NCBI GenBank assembly: GCA_947469285.1
Contig: CANIOW010000008.1
Location: 16,883-80,882, forward strand
Direction: 5' to 3'
Source of the DNA: Gammaproteobacteria bacterium
GTDB lineage: Bacteria; Pseudomonadota; Gammaproteobacteria; Steroidobacterales; Steroidobacteraceae
Length of the DNA: 64,000 nucleotides
Shown here in pieces: positions 36,267 to 46,587 of this stretch; positions within the stretch are counted from its first letter, which is position 1; each line of letters opens with the position of its first letter. The notes beneath the pieces are model-generated. The model was not told where the DNA came from. It did not search any database and saw only the letters and a list, made by a program, of their open reading frames with translations. The position numbers and the translations under genes were made by a program.

Positions 36267-38315
36267 ATGGCGGAGAGTACGACAGGTTCCCACTGGTCGC
36301 TGCAGACCGACGCTGACAACATCGCCTGGCTGACGCTGGACCGCCAGGACGCTCCCGCCAATTCCTTGTCTGAAAGAGTGATGCGGGAGCTGGATATTCA
36401 CCTGCAGGCCTTCGCCGTGGCCGTCCCACGCGGACTGGTACTGCTGTCAGGCAAGAGCAATGGTTTTGTAGCCGGTGCGGATATCAGTGAATTTCGCACC
36501 GACCTGACCGAAGCGCAGGCGTTGAACCTGATTGAGGCCGGGCAGCGGGTACTCGAGCGGTTGGAAGCGCTGTCTTGCCCCACCGTCGCTGCCGTCCACG
36601 GATTTGTCCTCGGTGGTGGTCTGGAGTTAGCGCTGGCTTGCCGTTTTCGCGTGGCCGCTGGCGACGCTGAAACCACCTTGGGCTTACCGGAAGTCAACCT
36701 CGGCATCCACCCCGGATTTGGCGGCACAGTACGTCTGCCACGACTTATCGGTGTACGCGCTGCCATGCCGATGCTGCTCACCGGGGCGCCGGTCAGCGTC
36801 GACAAAGCCATGCGGCTAGGTTTGGTCGACCGGGTGGTCGAGCGGTCGGCACTGCGCGCAACCGCTCGCGAGCTTGTCTTAGTGCCGCCGCGGCGGCGGC
36901 GGGGTATTCCGTTGTTGGATTACTTGCTCACGCTGCCACTGGTCCGACATTGGTTTGCAGCACAGCTGGAACAGCAGGTGGCGCGGCGGGTACGGCGTGA
37001 GCACTACCCAGCGCCATTTGCCGTCGCGGCCCTGTGGCGTGGAGCCGGTGGGCGGGGTCGAGCGGCCTATGCGCTGGAGGCGCGCTCCATCGCACGATTG
37101 TTTGGTACGCCTACGGCACGCAACCTGATTCGTGTCTTCTTCTTGCAGACACGTCTCAAGTCGTTGGGTAGCAACACCCAAGCGTCGTTTCAGCGAGTCC
37201 ATGTGGTGGGTGCGGGGGTGATGGGAGGCGACATAGCCGCCCTGTGCGCCTGGCGCGGCATGGAGGTCACGCTTCAGGACCGTGAGGAAAACTTCGTGGA
37301 ATCGGCACTCACGCGAGCACGCCACCTCATTGACCGCTTATCTCGAGGTGATGCGGATAAAGCCGCTGCGGCCACCGGCCGCTTACGGATGGATGTGGCA
37401 GGTAGCGGTGTGGCTACAGCGGACGTGGTTATCGAAGCGATCTATGAAAACGCGGCAGCCAAACGCGCGTTATACGCTTCATTCTTTTGCAGAATGAAGC
37501 CTGGGGCGCTCCTGTGTACGAATACGTCAAGCTTAGTACTCGAAGAGCTGGCCGGCGACCTTTCTGACCCGACGCGACTGGTGGGCCTGCATTTCTTTAA
37601 TCCAGTGACGCGCATGCCTTTGGTTGAGGTTATCCGCGGCCAACAGACCGCTGAGGCTGCAGTAACGAAAGCCTTGGCGTTCACACGCGCTCTCGATAAG
37701 TTGCCATTGCCCTGTAGGAGTGCACCGGGATTTGTCGTGAACCGCATTCTCACACCCTATCTGCTGGAAGCGATGCTGGCGGTTGATGAAGGGATACCGC
37801 TTGAGGTGATTGACCGCGTGGCAGTGGCGCATGGCTTTCCAATGGGGCCCATTGAGCTGGCGGATACCGTCGGCCTAGACATTGGGGTGCATGTCGGGAG
37901 CGTGCTCGCCGCAGCCTTTGGTGAGCGGGCGTCACCACAATGCGTGCATGCGCTGGTGGCGGCAGGGAAACTGGGTCAAAAAACGGGTGAAGGGTTCTAT
38001 CGCTGGGTTGGCGGTAAACCACAAAAAACTATCGCGGGGGCCGCAACTCTTCTGGTGCCTGCCGATTTGGAAGACCGGTTGGTGATGGCGTTCCTGAATG
38101 AAGCGGTGGCCTGCTTGCGTGAGGGTGTGGTGAGCGAAGCCGACCTGCTGGACGCGGGTGTGATCTTTGGGACGGGCTATGCACCGTTTCGTGGTGGTCC
38201 TCTGCATTACGCCCGTGAACTCGGCGTTGACAAATGTTTGACACGACTAAAAGAGCTGACAACGCGACACGGTTCGCGGTTCACACCAGATGAGGGCTGG
38301 GAGCGCCTGCGTTGA
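36267..38315 (+). CDS. Multifunctional fatty-acid oxidation enzyme, FadB/FadJ-like (enoyl-CoA hydratase + 3-hydroxyacyl-CoA dehydrogenase)
   Basis: N-terminal crotonase fold (FVAGADISEF, GGGLELALAC) and a C-terminal NAD-binding 3HCDH domain (VVGAGVMGGDIA; HFFNPV). 682 aa. There is no adjacent thiolase gene. Confidence 0.85.
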   Translation: MAESTTGSHWSLQTDADNIAWLTLDRQDAPANSLSERVMRELDIHLQAFAVAVPRGLVLLSGKSNGFVAGADISEFRTDLTEAQALNLIEAGQRVLERLEALSCPTVAAVHGFVLGGGLELALACRFRVAAGDAETTLGLPEVNLGIHPGFGGTVRLPRLIGVRAAMPMLLTGAPVSVDKAMRLGLVDRVVERSALRATARELVLVPPRRRRGIPLLDYLLTLPLVRHWFAAQLEQQVARRVRREHYPAPFAVAALWRGAGGRGRAAYALEARSIARLFGTPTARNLIRVFFLQTRLKSLGSNTQASFQRVHVVGAGVMGGDIAALCAWRGMEVTLQDREENFVESALTRARHLIDRLSRGDADKAAAATGRLRMDVAGSGVATADVVIEAIYENAAAKRALYASFFCRMKPGALLCTNTSSLVLEELAGDLSDPTRLVGLHFFNPVTRMPLVEVIRGQQTAEAAVTKALAFTRALDKLPLPCRSAPGFVVNRILTPYLLEAMLAVDEGIPLEVIDRVAVAHGFPMGPIELADTVGLDIGVHVGSVLAAAFGERASPQCVHALVAAGKLGQKTGEGFYRWVGGKPQKTIAGAATLLVPADLEDRLVMAFLNEAVACLREGVVSEADLLDAGVIFGTGYAPFRGGPLHYARELGVDKCLTRLKELTTRHGSRFTPDEGWERLR

Positions 38316-38343
38316 CATAAGCCCGTGCTAGCATCCGCTCGAC

Positions 38344-39408
38344 ATGGAACATAACCTCGTAGCTCTTTCAGTACTCCGCAATTTCTCGCCGCTTGATGGC
38401 CTGAAACGCGAGAACCTCGGTGCGTTAGCACGCAAGACCCGCGTGCGCGAAGTGGCAGAAGGAAGCCTCCTGTTCTTGCAGGGAGAGCAGGACCGCCACA
38501 GCCATTTTCTGGTGCGCGGCGAAGTCGAACTACTGGAGAATGGGCAGCCGGTATCAGTGTTAGTGGGTGGCTCGCCGGAAGCACGCTTTGCCATCGCCGA
38601 AGGGCGGCCGCGTCGGTTCACGGCCCGTGCGCGGACACCCTTGCAGTATCTGGTGATCGACAACGAAGCGCTGGATGTGCTCATCGTCTGGGACCAGACT
38701 GGGGTCTATGAGGTTGAGGAAATCCAGGGACAAGATGGCGATTCGCCTGACGAGGGTCAGGACTGGATGACTGCCCTGCTCCAGTCCAAAGCATTTCATC
38801 GTATCCCCCCCTCCCACGTTCAAGCTTTGTTCATGCGCATGCAGCGTGTGAATTTGAATGCTGGTGATGTCGTCGTTCGTCAAGGAGAGGAAGGCGACTT
38901 TTTCTACGTCGTCATGCATGGTCAGTGCGTTGTCACGCGTGAAACCCCGCTTAACCGCGAAGGCATCCGCTTGGCGGAACTTGGCCCGGGCGATACGTTT
39001 GGTGAAGAAGCGCTGGTGGCGGATGCGCATCGCAACGCCACGGTCTCGATGGGCACTGATGGCTCGTTGATGCGGCTAGCCAAGGAAGACTTCCAATCCT
39101 TGCTGAATGAACCTTTATTGCAGTGGCTGGGGGCTAACGAGGCCAAAGCCCTAACGGCGCGTGGCGCCTGCTGGCTGGATGTACGCCTACCCTCCGAAGC
39201 TGAAAATGCACCGGTGCCGGGAGCGGTTAACATTCCACTGTATTTTCTGCGGATGAAACTACGCCAGCTCGACCGTGGCGTTCCTTATATTTTGTTCTGT
39301 GACTCCGGTAAACGCAGTTCTGCGGGTGCCTATCTGCTGGCGGAGCGTGGCTTTGATGCCTACGTATTACGCGGTGGTCTCGCCTCGATGGAACCGGTCG
39401 CGGTTTAG
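38344..39408 (+). CDS. Tandem cyclic-nucleotide-binding-domain protein with a C-terminal rhodanese domain
   Basis: CAP_ED 1 is degenerate. CAP_ED 2 has the canonical FGEEALVADAHRNATV. The C-terminal rhodanese domain has the active-site loop ILFCDSGKRSSAGA. Confidence 0.75.
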   Translation: MEHNLVALSVLRNFSPLDGLKRENLGALARKTRVREVAEGSLLFLQGEQDRHSHFLVRGEVELLENGQPVSVLVGGSPEARFAIAEGRPRRFTARARTPLQYLVIDNEALDVLIVWDQTGVYEVEEIQGQDGDSPDEGQDWMTALLQSKAFHRIPPSHVQALFMRMQRVNLNAGDVVVRQGEEGDFFYVVMHGQCVVTRETPLNREGIRLAELGPGDTFGEEALVADAHRNATVSMGTDGSLMRLAKEDFQSLLNEPLLQWLGANEAKALTARGACWLDVRLPSEAENAPVPGAVNIPLYFLRMKLRQLDRGVPYILFCDSGKRSSAGAYLLAERGFDAYVLRGGLASMEPVAV

Positions 39409-39487
39409 GTCCGGCGATCACTCGACTTTATTCAGGGTCGCCGCCGCCTATTTCATTTAATATAGGCTGGTAAAAAAGGAGACTGCG

Positions 39488-39781
39488 ATGCGTAAGCTTA
39501 CTTCCCCCTTACTTGCCATGGCCAGCGGCCTGACGGTGCTGGTGCTGGTTTCAGGCTGCACCCAGCCGAACGAAGACACCAAAAACATGTCTGGAACCAT
39601 GGCTCCTGCGGAGCGGGTTGAAAGTCCTTGGTCGTGGAGTAATGCGTCGACCGCTCCGGCTCCCGTCCAGAGCCCCGCAGCGACGGAAGGCGTTCCCGGT
39701 AGCGCCAGTGCGCCGGAGTTGGCGATGGATACCGACACGCGACTGCTGAAGGAAGGAGGCCGGCGCAACGCCGGCGAATAA
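39488..39781 (+). CDS. Small lipoprotein, hypothetical
   Basis: AAGGAG SD. Signal peptide with lipobox LVSGC. The mature part is low-complexity and rich in P/A/S. Confidence 0.65.
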   Translation: MRKLTSPLLAMASGLTVLVLVSGCTQPNEDTKNMSGTMAPAERVESPWSWSNASTAPAPVQSPAATEGVPGSASAPELAMDTDTRLLKEGGRRNAGE

Positions 39782-39783
39782 CC

Positions 39784-40134
39784 TTAGAGGGTGTGGGTGG
39801 GTTTGTCCCCGCCCAGTGCGCCCGCTAAGTAGTTTTCGATCTTTTTCTGGGTGGCGCCGCGGTCCTGTTCGCTGAACTGAACGCCGATGCCGGCCACGCG
39901 TTTGCCTTGGGCGCCGCGTGGCGTCACCCAGATGACCTTTCCCGCTACCGGCAGCTTTTCCTCTTCCCCCATCAGGTTCAGCAGCATGAACACTTCATCG
40001 CCAAGGTGATAGTTGCTGTTGGTGGGCACGAATAGGCCACCGTTACGCACAAACGGCATAAAAGCCAAATAGAGCGCACTCTTGTCCTTGATCGTGAGCG
40101 TTAGCAATCCAGGCTTATTGGTTGGCGGGCGCAT
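39784..40134 (-). CDS. pilZ: Type IV pilus assembly protein PilZ (PilZ domain)
   Basis: Start at MRPPTNKPGLLTLTIKDK. The sequence ...FMPFVRNGGLFVPT...LPVAGKVIWVTP...AGIGVQF is typical of the PilZ orthologue encoded next to holB in Xanthomonadales and Pseudomonas. Confidence 0.85.
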   Translation of the reverse strand: MRPPTNKPGLLTLTIKDKSALYLAFMPFVRNGGLFVPTNSNYHLGDEVFMLLNLMGEEEKLPVAGKVIWVTPRGAQGKRVAGIGVQFSEQDRGATQKKIENYLAGALGGDKPTHTL

Positions 40135-41204
40135 TAAGAGTTTTTTCCTTCGGCGGGGCGACTGCGAACGGCTCGAACCAGATCCAACAGTAATCCTTCC
40201 ACTAGCAATTGAGCATTCACGGAACCCCGCTGTAGCCATCCACTGGCTTCTCGGGCACTGTCATGGACCGCGAACAGGGATTGAATATGTCGCCTTTGGG
40301 TGGTCGAGTGCAAGACCCTCATGTCCAGACTGTGACTGCCCTCCCCCACCTGGGCCTCGCGGACGGCCCGAGCGGCCCAAAACTCGACCCAGCGGACCCG
40401 CTCTGCCGCACCGGCCTTGACCCAGCGTTCAGCCTCACTGATCAGGTCACGACCCTGCCCGGCCAATGCCTCCAGCAATTCACCCATGTCGCGGGCCAGT
40501 GTGGCGCCGCCGGTAGCGGCGATGCTGACCGCCCGCAGCGGCGAGCCATACGCGAGGTCTAAACACAGCTCCCAGTCGGTACGGGATTCCCGTGTCTCCA
40601 GCCAATGCAACGCTGTGGCGGGGTCGGGGCGCGGCACCCGTAGCTGCTGGCAGCGGCTGGCGACGGTGGCGGGCAGGCGGTCGGCTTGGTCCGCCACGAG
40701 GATGAGCACCGTGTTGGCAGCTGGCTCCTCCAAGGTCTTCAATAAGGCGTTGGCGGCGCCTGGGCTCATGCGGTCTGCTGGTGCTACTACGGCTACTTTG
40801 TAGCCTTGCCGGTAGCTTTTCATCGTCAGCGCCAAGGCCAGCGCGCGCACGGCTTCAATTTTGACCTGGCGTGCATCCTCTTCAAGGCCGGCACGAAGGA
40901 AATCGGGATGGTTGCCAGCCGCGAGCAACTGACAGGAGCTACAGGCGCCGCAGGGTGCTTGCTGGCGTTCATCGCATAACACCAAGCGCGCTACCCATTC
41001 GGCGAGGGCTGCCTTGCCAACGCCAGCCGGGCCGCGCAGTAGCAGCGCATGGGGGAATCTGGTTCCGCGCCAAGCTTCGGCCAGACGCCGGCGCTGGGGT
41101 TCCAGCCATGGGGCGCTAACGGCCAGTGCCACCGCCGCGTTGGCCAGGTCGGTGGGCGTACCACCGGCGGTGGGCTCGGCAGTGCTTTTACGTTTGACCG
41201 TCAT
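40134..41204 (-). CDS. holB: DNA polymerase III subunit delta'
   Basis: ATGA overlap with tmk. P-loop-like GPAGVGKAALA, a Cys cluster CGACSSC, and the conserved tmk-holB order. Confidence 0.88.
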   Translation of the reverse strand: MTVKRKSTAEPTAGGTPTDLANAAVALAVSAPWLEPQRRRLAEAWRGTRFPHALLLRGPAGVGKAALAEWVARLVLCDERQQAPCGACSSCQLLAAGNHPDFLRAGLEEDARQVKIEAVRALALALTMKSYRQGYKVAVVAPADRMSPGAANALLKTLEEPAANTVLILVADQADRLPATVASRCQQLRVPRPDPATALHWLETRESRTDWELCLDLAYGSPLRAVSIAATGGATLARDMGELLEALAGQGRDLISEAERWVKAGAAERVRWVEFWAARAVREAQVGEGSHSLDMRVLHSTTQRRHIQSLFAVHDSAREASGWLQRGSVNAQLLVEGLLLDLVRAVRSRPAEGKNS

Positions 41205-41833
41205 GCCCGCCACCGGTGCGCGGCCTGTTCAACGGCGGCGCACACCTGCGAGGTCACGTGTTCCAAACTGGCAGCGGCGTCAATGATGACAAAACGCTGC
41301 GGTGCGCCTTGCGCACGTGCCAGATAAGCCGCTCGGACGCGGGTAAAAAACGCTAGCGTTTCAGCCTCGAAGCGATCGGCATCACTGCGTTTACGTGCCC
41401 GCCCCAAGGCCAGCGCTGGTGGTGCATCGAGCAGTAGCGTCAGATCGGGTTGCAACTGCTCATGGGTCAGTGTCTCCAGCCACTCGATGTTGGACGGAGA
41501 TACCCCCCGACCACCCCCTTGATAAGCGTAGGTGGCGTCGGTGAAGCGGTCGCAAATCACGTCGGTGCCTGCAGCCAGCGTGGGCAGAATGAGGTTGTCA
41601 ACGTGGACCGCCCGGGCCGCAAACATGAGCAACAATTCGGCGCTACCGGGCACGCTTTCGGCGCGTGGTGCCAGGACCAGTTCACGGATGGCTTCCGCGA
41701 GTGGCGTGCCGCCGGGTTCACGCGTCAGGCAACAGGAGCGCCCGAGACGCTCCAGAGTGGCGCTGACGTTGACGACCTGGGTGGTTTTGCCGACGCCCTC
41801 AATGCCTTCCAGCGTGATGAATCTGCCGCGCAT
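41201..41833 (-). CDS. tmk: Thymidylate kinase
   Basis: FITLEGIEGVGKTT P-loop, DRF motif (CDRFTDATYAYQGGGRG). 210 aa. Confidence 0.95.
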   Translation of the reverse strand: MRGRFITLEGIEGVGKTTQVVNVSATLERLGRSCCLTREPGGTPLAEAIRELVLAPRAESVPGSAELLLMFAARAVHVDNLILPTLAAGTDVICDRFTDATYAYQGGGRGVSPSNIEWLETLTHEQLQPDLTLLLDAPPALALGRARKRSDADRFEAETLAFFTRVRAAYLARAQGAPQRFVIIDAAASLEHVTSQVCAAVEQAAHRWRA

Positions 41834-41841
41834 GCCCTACC

Positions 41842-42939
41842 CTAGTGCCGCTGTTGGGGTGCTGTTGCCGCCGCGCGACTGCGGGCGACGAGCGCACGAA
41901 CTGCTGCATTGTGCGCCTGCAGCGTCGTTGAGAATACATGACGACCATCACCATTACCGGTAGCCACGAAGTACAGCGCCGTGGTGTCTGCTGGATGGGT
42001 GGCGGCGTGGAGGCTGGCACGCCCCGGCATTGCAATGGGGGTCGGTGGTAGGCCGGCACGTCGGTAGGTGTTGTAGGGGCCATCGCGTCGCAGGTCCGCC
42101 TTGCGCAGATTGCCATCGTAACGGCTGCCCAGTCCGTAGATGACTGACGGGTCGGTTTGTAAACGCATGTGGCTGCTAAGGCGGTTGATGAAGACCCGTG
42201 CAATCAAGGGGCGTTCGGCCGCTGCCCCGGTTTCCTTTTCGACGAGTGAGGCCAGGATAAGCGCCTCCTGCGAGTCACGCAGCGGGAGTCCGGGCGCGCG
42301 CTGGCCCCAGACGGCGGCCAGTTCGCGGGCCAGGCGTTCGCGGGCTTGGCGCATCACCTCCACGTCGCGCGTTCCGCGGTGGAAATCGTAGGTGTCAGGA
42401 AAAAAAGCTCCTTCGGCAGGCGTGGCTGCGTCACCGAGTTCCTGCATCAGGCCGTGCACGGTCAAGCCCGGTGTCACCTTGATCATCGGATGGGCGCGCA
42501 ACCTCGCCCAAGCCTCGGCCGTCGTATGCCCTTCGATGAAAGTGACGCTGTAGCGCGTTACCCGCCCGTTGACCAACCACTCGAGTACCGTACGCGGTGA
42601 GGCGGCGGCTGGAAAAGCATACTCGCCGGCTTGCAGTAGCGGACTGGCGCCCTGCAGGCGGGTAATTAGTCCAAACCATCGCGGATGCGTCAGCACACCG
42701 GCAGCGGCGAGTTGCCGTGCAATGCTGGCGGGTGCGCTGCCTCGTGGAATGTCGACCACCACCGCGACTCGCGAGGGGCCAGGCGAAGTCCACCAGACCT
42801 TCACGATCAGGGCGCTGGCAGCGACCACCACCACGAGCAGGAGCGCCACAGCGAGTTTTCGCTGCCAAGGCCGGCCAGTGCGCGATACCAGGCGCCCTCG
42901 GGTGCGTGGGCGCTTAGGTGCCGTCATGGCGCCACCCAT
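41842..42939 (-). CDS. mltG: Endolytic murein transglycosylase MltG (YceG-like)
   Basis: N-terminal TM anchor and a YceG domain (EALILASLVEKET, VFINRL...LQTDPSVIYG, YNTY). An alternative start is the ATG at 42927, which gives an ATGA overlap with pabC. Confidence 0.88.
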   Translation of the reverse strand: MGGAMTAPKRPRTRGRLVSRTGRPWQRKLAVALLLVVVVAASALIVKVWWTSPGPSRVAVVVDIPRGSAPASIARQLAAAGVLTHPRWFGLITRLQGASPLLQAGEYAFPAAASPRTVLEWLVNGRVTRYSVTFIEGHTTAEAWARLRAHPMIKVTPGLTVHGLMQELGDAATPAEGAFFPDTYDFHRGTRDVEVMRQARERLARELAAVWGQRAPGLPLRDSQEALILASLVEKETGAAAERPLIARVFINRLSSHMRLQTDPSVIYGLGSRYDGNLRKADLRRDGPYNTYRRAGLPPTPIAMPGRASLHAATHPADTTALYFVATGNGDGRHVFSTTLQAHNAAVRALVARSRAAATAPQQRH

Positions 42940-43757
42940 GAGGTGCGGTTATCTGGCTGCTGCCAATGGGCTGCCACCTGACGCGCCACCGCCCCTTGGC
43001 GCACGGGCTGAGCATCAATGCTGGCGACGGACCAGGCACCCCGTAAAGCGCTGGTTAGGAATACCTCGTCGGCACTGAGCAGCTCGGCGATGGTTAAGCA
43101 GGTGATCCGCGCGGGGATTGGGATCTCCCCGGTAGCACAAGCCTGCAAAATGCTGGCGCGCATCACCCCTTCGACGCCACAGTCAGTGATCGCGGGTGTC
43201 AATAACTGTCCGTCACGCACACAGAACACATTGGAGGAGCCGCCACACACCACCTGCTCTTGTCCATTCAGCATCAGCACCTCGTCCACCGCAGGTGCCG
43301 GAAACTCCAGTCGCGCTAACACCTGTTCGAGCCGGTTAAGATGTTTCAGACCCGCCAGCAGCGGCTGGGCAGCGAGGCGCACCGACGACACTCGCACGGC
43401 TGCCGGCGGCGTATGCGCGGTAGGTGCTATCCATGGCAGGGTTTGCACGAACCAGTGGGGCAGCGGGTGGGCAGGCGGGGTGTAGCCGCGCAGTCCCTCC
43501 CCGCGGGTGACGATTAGCTTCAGCGCTGCCGAAGCCGTGACGGTGGCGGCCATCGTGCACAGTGTTGCTTCGACCTCGGCCAGGTCCAAGCCGACGATCT
43601 GCAGCCGCTCCAGGCCAAGCCGAAGACGCGCGAGGTGTTGCCGTAGCAGCTGTGGTCGGCCATGGACCACCGCCAAGGTTTCGAACAACCCATCACCATA
43701 GGCGAGGCCGCGGTCATTCAGCGGCAGCGAAGCGCCGGTGAGTAGTCGTGCGGTCAT
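42924..43757 (-). CDS. pabC: Aminodeoxychorismate lyase (class IV aminotransferase fold)
   Basis: 277 aa. Class IV fold motifs (RGLAYGDGLFET, LKHLNRLEQV). ATGA overlap with pabB, in the conserved position before mltG. Confidence 0.8.
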   Translation of the reverse strand: MTARLLTGASLPLNDRGLAYGDGLFETLAVVHGRPQLLRQHLARLRLGLERLQIVGLDLAEVEATLCTMAATVTASAALKLIVTRGEGLRGYTPPAHPLPHWFVQTLPWIAPTAHTPPAAVRVSSVRLAAQPLLAGLKHLNRLEQVLARLEFPAPAVDEVLMLNGQEQVVCGGSSNVFCVRDGQLLTPAITDCGVEGVMRASILQACATGEIPIPARITCLTIAELLSADEVFLTSALRGAWSVASIDAQPVRQGAVARQVAAHWQQPDNRTSWVAP

Positions 43758-45181
43758 GCGGGATCGTCCAGCCGGACTCCCAGGCCACGCAATAAACCGC
43801 GGGCTTTAGCGCGGGTCTCGGCTAACTCCAGCAGCGGCACGGAATCGGCGACGATGCCGGCCCCCGCCCGCACGGAAACGATGCCAGCGGTGGTCACTGC
43901 GGCGGTACGAATAAGGATATTCAGATCCATATCACCATCGAGCCCAAGCCAGCCCATGGTGCCGGTGTAAGCGCCGCGCGGTACGCCTTCTAGGTCTGCA
44001 ATGAGCTGCATGCAGCGAACTTTAGGGCATCCGGTGATGGTGCCGCCCGGAAAGACGGCGCGCAGCACCTGACCTGGCGTGGTGTCTGGGCGGCGAATGC
44101 CGCGCACGTTGGAGACGATGTGATGCACATGGGCGTAGTGCTCCAGCACCATGAACTCGTCCACTTCCACGGTCCCCGGTTCGCACAAGCGACCCAAGTC
44201 GTTGCGCTCTAGGTCCACCAGCATGACGTGTTCTGCCTGCTCCTTCGGATGCGCACGCAGCTCTGCAGCCAAGGCGGCATCTGCAGCGGCATCACCGAGG
44301 CGGCGCGGTCGAGTACCAGCGATGGGGCGGGTATCAATCTTTAACCCGCGCACTCTCACCAGACGCTCGGGCGAAGTGGACAGCACCGACAGCCCTGGCA
44401 GTCGGGCGATGCCGGCGAACGGCCCCGGGTTGGCGCCGCGCAGACGGTGATATAACGCCGCCGCCGACTCTCCGGGCAGTAACTGCGTGTGCCAGGCCCG
44501 CGAGAGATTGGTTTGATACACCTCGCCAGCGGTGATCGCTTGCAGGCCACGCTCTACGTTGGCGATAAACCGTTCAGGCTCTTCTTCCGTGACGCGGCGC
44601 GCCTCGTTGACCGTCAGATCCGGCACCGCACGTAACGCACGGGAGGTCGATGCCAGCACGTCGGCCAGTACCGCATTGGCCAGCGCCGCATAGGCCGGCA
44701 AGGCGACCACTTGGAGTTGTCCGCTGCCATGGTGGCGCACGATCGCACCGGCGATAGGTAGCAGTGCCGCAATGAGATCGCCTTCGAGCAGCGGTAAACG
44801 CAGCACGGGTTCGACTTCGCCCGCTAACTCATAGGCAGCGTAGACGAAAAAACCACCGACGAAGGGGAGCGCACCGTGCGCCACTGGGCCGTGACAGTCG
44901 GCTGCGGCGGCGTGCAGGGTGTCCAATTCACTGAGGAAGCGCGGGCCAGTAAGGCGGCGCGCAATGACATCCTCTTTACTCACCCGCCACTCGTGGGTGC
45001 GGAAATTTGCGCTCTCCGGCGCGGCGATCAGGAGCCAGTCGTACTGCGTTTCAGCGCCACTGGCGAGTGCGGCGGTCTCTAGCAGGACTGGATATCGCGC
45101 GGGCCGGTGCTCGTGCAGTGCCAGCAGGTCCACGTCGCCAGCAGCGACGGGAACTTCCAGCACTACCGCCGGAGTGCCCAT
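43754..45181 (-). CDS. pabB: Aminodeoxychorismate synthase component I
   Basis: Start at MGTPAVVLEV, residue 116 of the track ORF; the upstream part overlaps fabF in another frame. Chorismate-binding motifs SPERLV, FPGGTITGCPKVRCMQLI, RGAYTGTMGW. Confidence 0.85.
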   Translation of the reverse strand: MGTPAVVLEVPVAAGDVDLLALHEHRPARYPVLLETAALASGAETQYDWLLIAAPESANFRTHEWRVSKEDVIARRLTGPRFLSELDTLHAAAADCHGPVAHGALPFVGGFFVYAAYELAGEVEPVLRLPLLEGDLIAALLPIAGAIVRHHGSGQLQVVALPAYAALANAVLADVLASTSRALRAVPDLTVNEARRVTEEEPERFIANVERGLQAITAGEVYQTNLSRAWHTQLLPGESAAALYHRLRGANPGPFAGIARLPGLSVLSTSPERLVRVRGLKIDTRPIAGTRPRRLGDAAADAALAAELRAHPKEQAEHVMLVDLERNDLGRLCEPGTVEVDEFMVLEHYAHVHHIVSNVRGIRRPDTTPGQVLRAVFPGGTITGCPKVRCMQLIADLEGVPRGAYTGTMGWLGLDGDMDLNILIRTAAVTTAGIVSVRAGAGIVADSVPLLELAETRAKARGLLRGLGVRLDDPA

Positions 45182-45191
45182 ATCAGTGGCC

Positions 45192-46451
45192 TCAGGTGCG
45201 CCGGAACACCAGGCTACCGTTGGTGCCGCCGAAGCCGAACGAGTTCGACAGCACCACCTCGAGCTTGGCCTGACGTGACACGAGCGGAACGTAGTCGAGG
45301 TCGCACAGGGGGTCGGGATTATCGAGGTTGGCAGTTGCGGGAATGACTTGATCGCGCAGAGCGAGCACCGACAGCAGTGCTTCAACGGCACCGGCAGCAC
45401 CCAGCAAGTGACCAGTGACGGATTTGGTGGAACTGACGGCGACCTTGTAAGCCGCATCACCCAGAGCGCGTTTAATGGCCAGCGTTTCCGCACGGTCACC
45501 GAGCGGGGTCGAGGTGGCATGGGCATTGATATAGTCGAGTTCGTCCGGATTCACACCGGCATCGCGCAGCGCGTTCACCATCGACAATCGTGCACCCTCT
45601 CCGTCTTCGGGGGGAGCGGTGATGTGGTAGGCGTCCGCACTCATGCCAAACCCAATGATTTCCGCATAAATATTCGCGCCACGCGCCTGGGCGTGTTCTA
45701 GCGTTTCCAGCACCAACGCACCGGCACCGTCGGCCATGACGAAGCCGTCACGGTCGCGATCCCAAGGACGGCTGGCGGCTTGCGGGTTGTCGTTGCGTTC
45801 AGACAGTGCGCGGGCTTGCGCGAAGCCACCCAACGCCAGCGGCGTGGTGGCCATCTCGGCGCCGCCCGCGACCATCACGTCTGCGTCACCGTACTGCAAA
45901 GTGCGGTAGGCCAGGCCAATAGCGTGGGTCGAGGTGGTGCAGGCGGAGACCACGGCAAGATTGGGGCCGCGGAAGCCGTGATTGATGGACACATGGCCGG
46001 AGATCATGTTGATGATGCTGGCCGGCACGAAGAACGGCGAGATTTTTTTCGGGGAATGGCCGCCGCTGACATATTTTTCGTAGGTGTCGGAGATGGTCTC
46101 AAGTCCACCGATACCGCCGCCCATCATGACGCCATAGCGCCCTGCGGCTTCGCCCTCTACGGTGCCAATACCCGCATCCTTGATCGCCTGCGCAGCGGCA
46201 GCAATGCCGTATTGCATAAACGCATCCATGCGCCGCGCTTCTTTCGCTGGCAGGTGGTCTTCCACCTGGAAGCCCTGAACTTCGCCGGCGAAGCGGGTAG
46301 GAAAGTTGGCCGGATCAAAGCGCTTGATGAGCGCAATGCCGCTGCGGCCGTTCAGGACATTGTCCCAAGCCGTCGCGACTTGGCTCCCCACGGGGGAAAT
46401 AATGCCCAGACCGGTAACGACAACACGACGCTTGGACGAAGGATAGGACAC
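45192..46451 (-). CDS. fabF: 3-oxoacyl-ACP synthase II
   Basis: GTG at 46451 with GGAGG 5 nt upstream gives ...[17 protein letters not shown]. Active-site Cys in AVVSACTTS, His motifs NAHATST and GHLLGAAG. 419 aa. Confidence 0.93.
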   Translation of the reverse strand: MSYPSSKRRVVVTGLGIISPVGSQVATAWDNVLNGRSGIALIKRFDPANFPTRFAGEVQGFQVEDHLPAKEARRMDAFMQYGIAAAAQAIKDAGIGTVEGEAAGRYGVMMGGGIGGLETISDTYEKYVSGGHSPKKISPFFVPASIINMISGHVSINHGFRGPNLAVVSACTTSTHAIGLAYRTLQYGDADVMVAGGAEMATTPLALGGFAQARALSERNDNPQAASRPWDRDRDGFVMADGAGALVLETLEHAQARGANIYAEIIGFGMSADAYHITAPPEDGEGARLSMVNALRDAGVNPDELDYINAHATSTPLGDRAETLAIKRALGDAAYKVAVSSTKSVTGHLLGAAGAVEALLSVLALRDQVIPATANLDNPDPLCDLDYVPLVSRQAKLEVVLSNSFGFGGTNGSLVFRRT

Positions 46452-46503
46452 GAAGGCCTCCGGGCGGGGGGATCGGGGGTGGCCTGACAAGGCTCATGGA
46501 CAA

Positions 46504-46526
46504 AGGGCCCGGGAAACCCGGGCCCT
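46504..46526 (-). terminator. Strong GC hairpin between acpP and fabF (partial terminator or attenuator candidate)
   Basis: AGGGCCCGGG-aaa-CCCGGGCCCT forms a perfect 10-bp stem. On the transcribed strand it is followed only by TTGTCC, a weak U-tract. Confidence 0.4.
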
Positions 46527-46587
46527 ATGTGATCTCAGTGGGTGCAGGAAACTGACTTGGTAGCCGGGGTTCCCTGCACTTGGGATT

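Noticed and set aside
45780-46487. 235-aa ORF antisense to fabF
   Set aside because: Same reasoning: it lies inside a strongly supported core gene and has no motif and biased composition.
46542-46579. Second imperfect hairpin (GTGCAGG ... CCTGCAC) right after the acpP stop
   Set aside because: A 7-bp stem enclosing a 24-nt loop is unlikely to be stable. The neighbouring perfect 10-bp hairpin is the better candidate and is reported as a feature.
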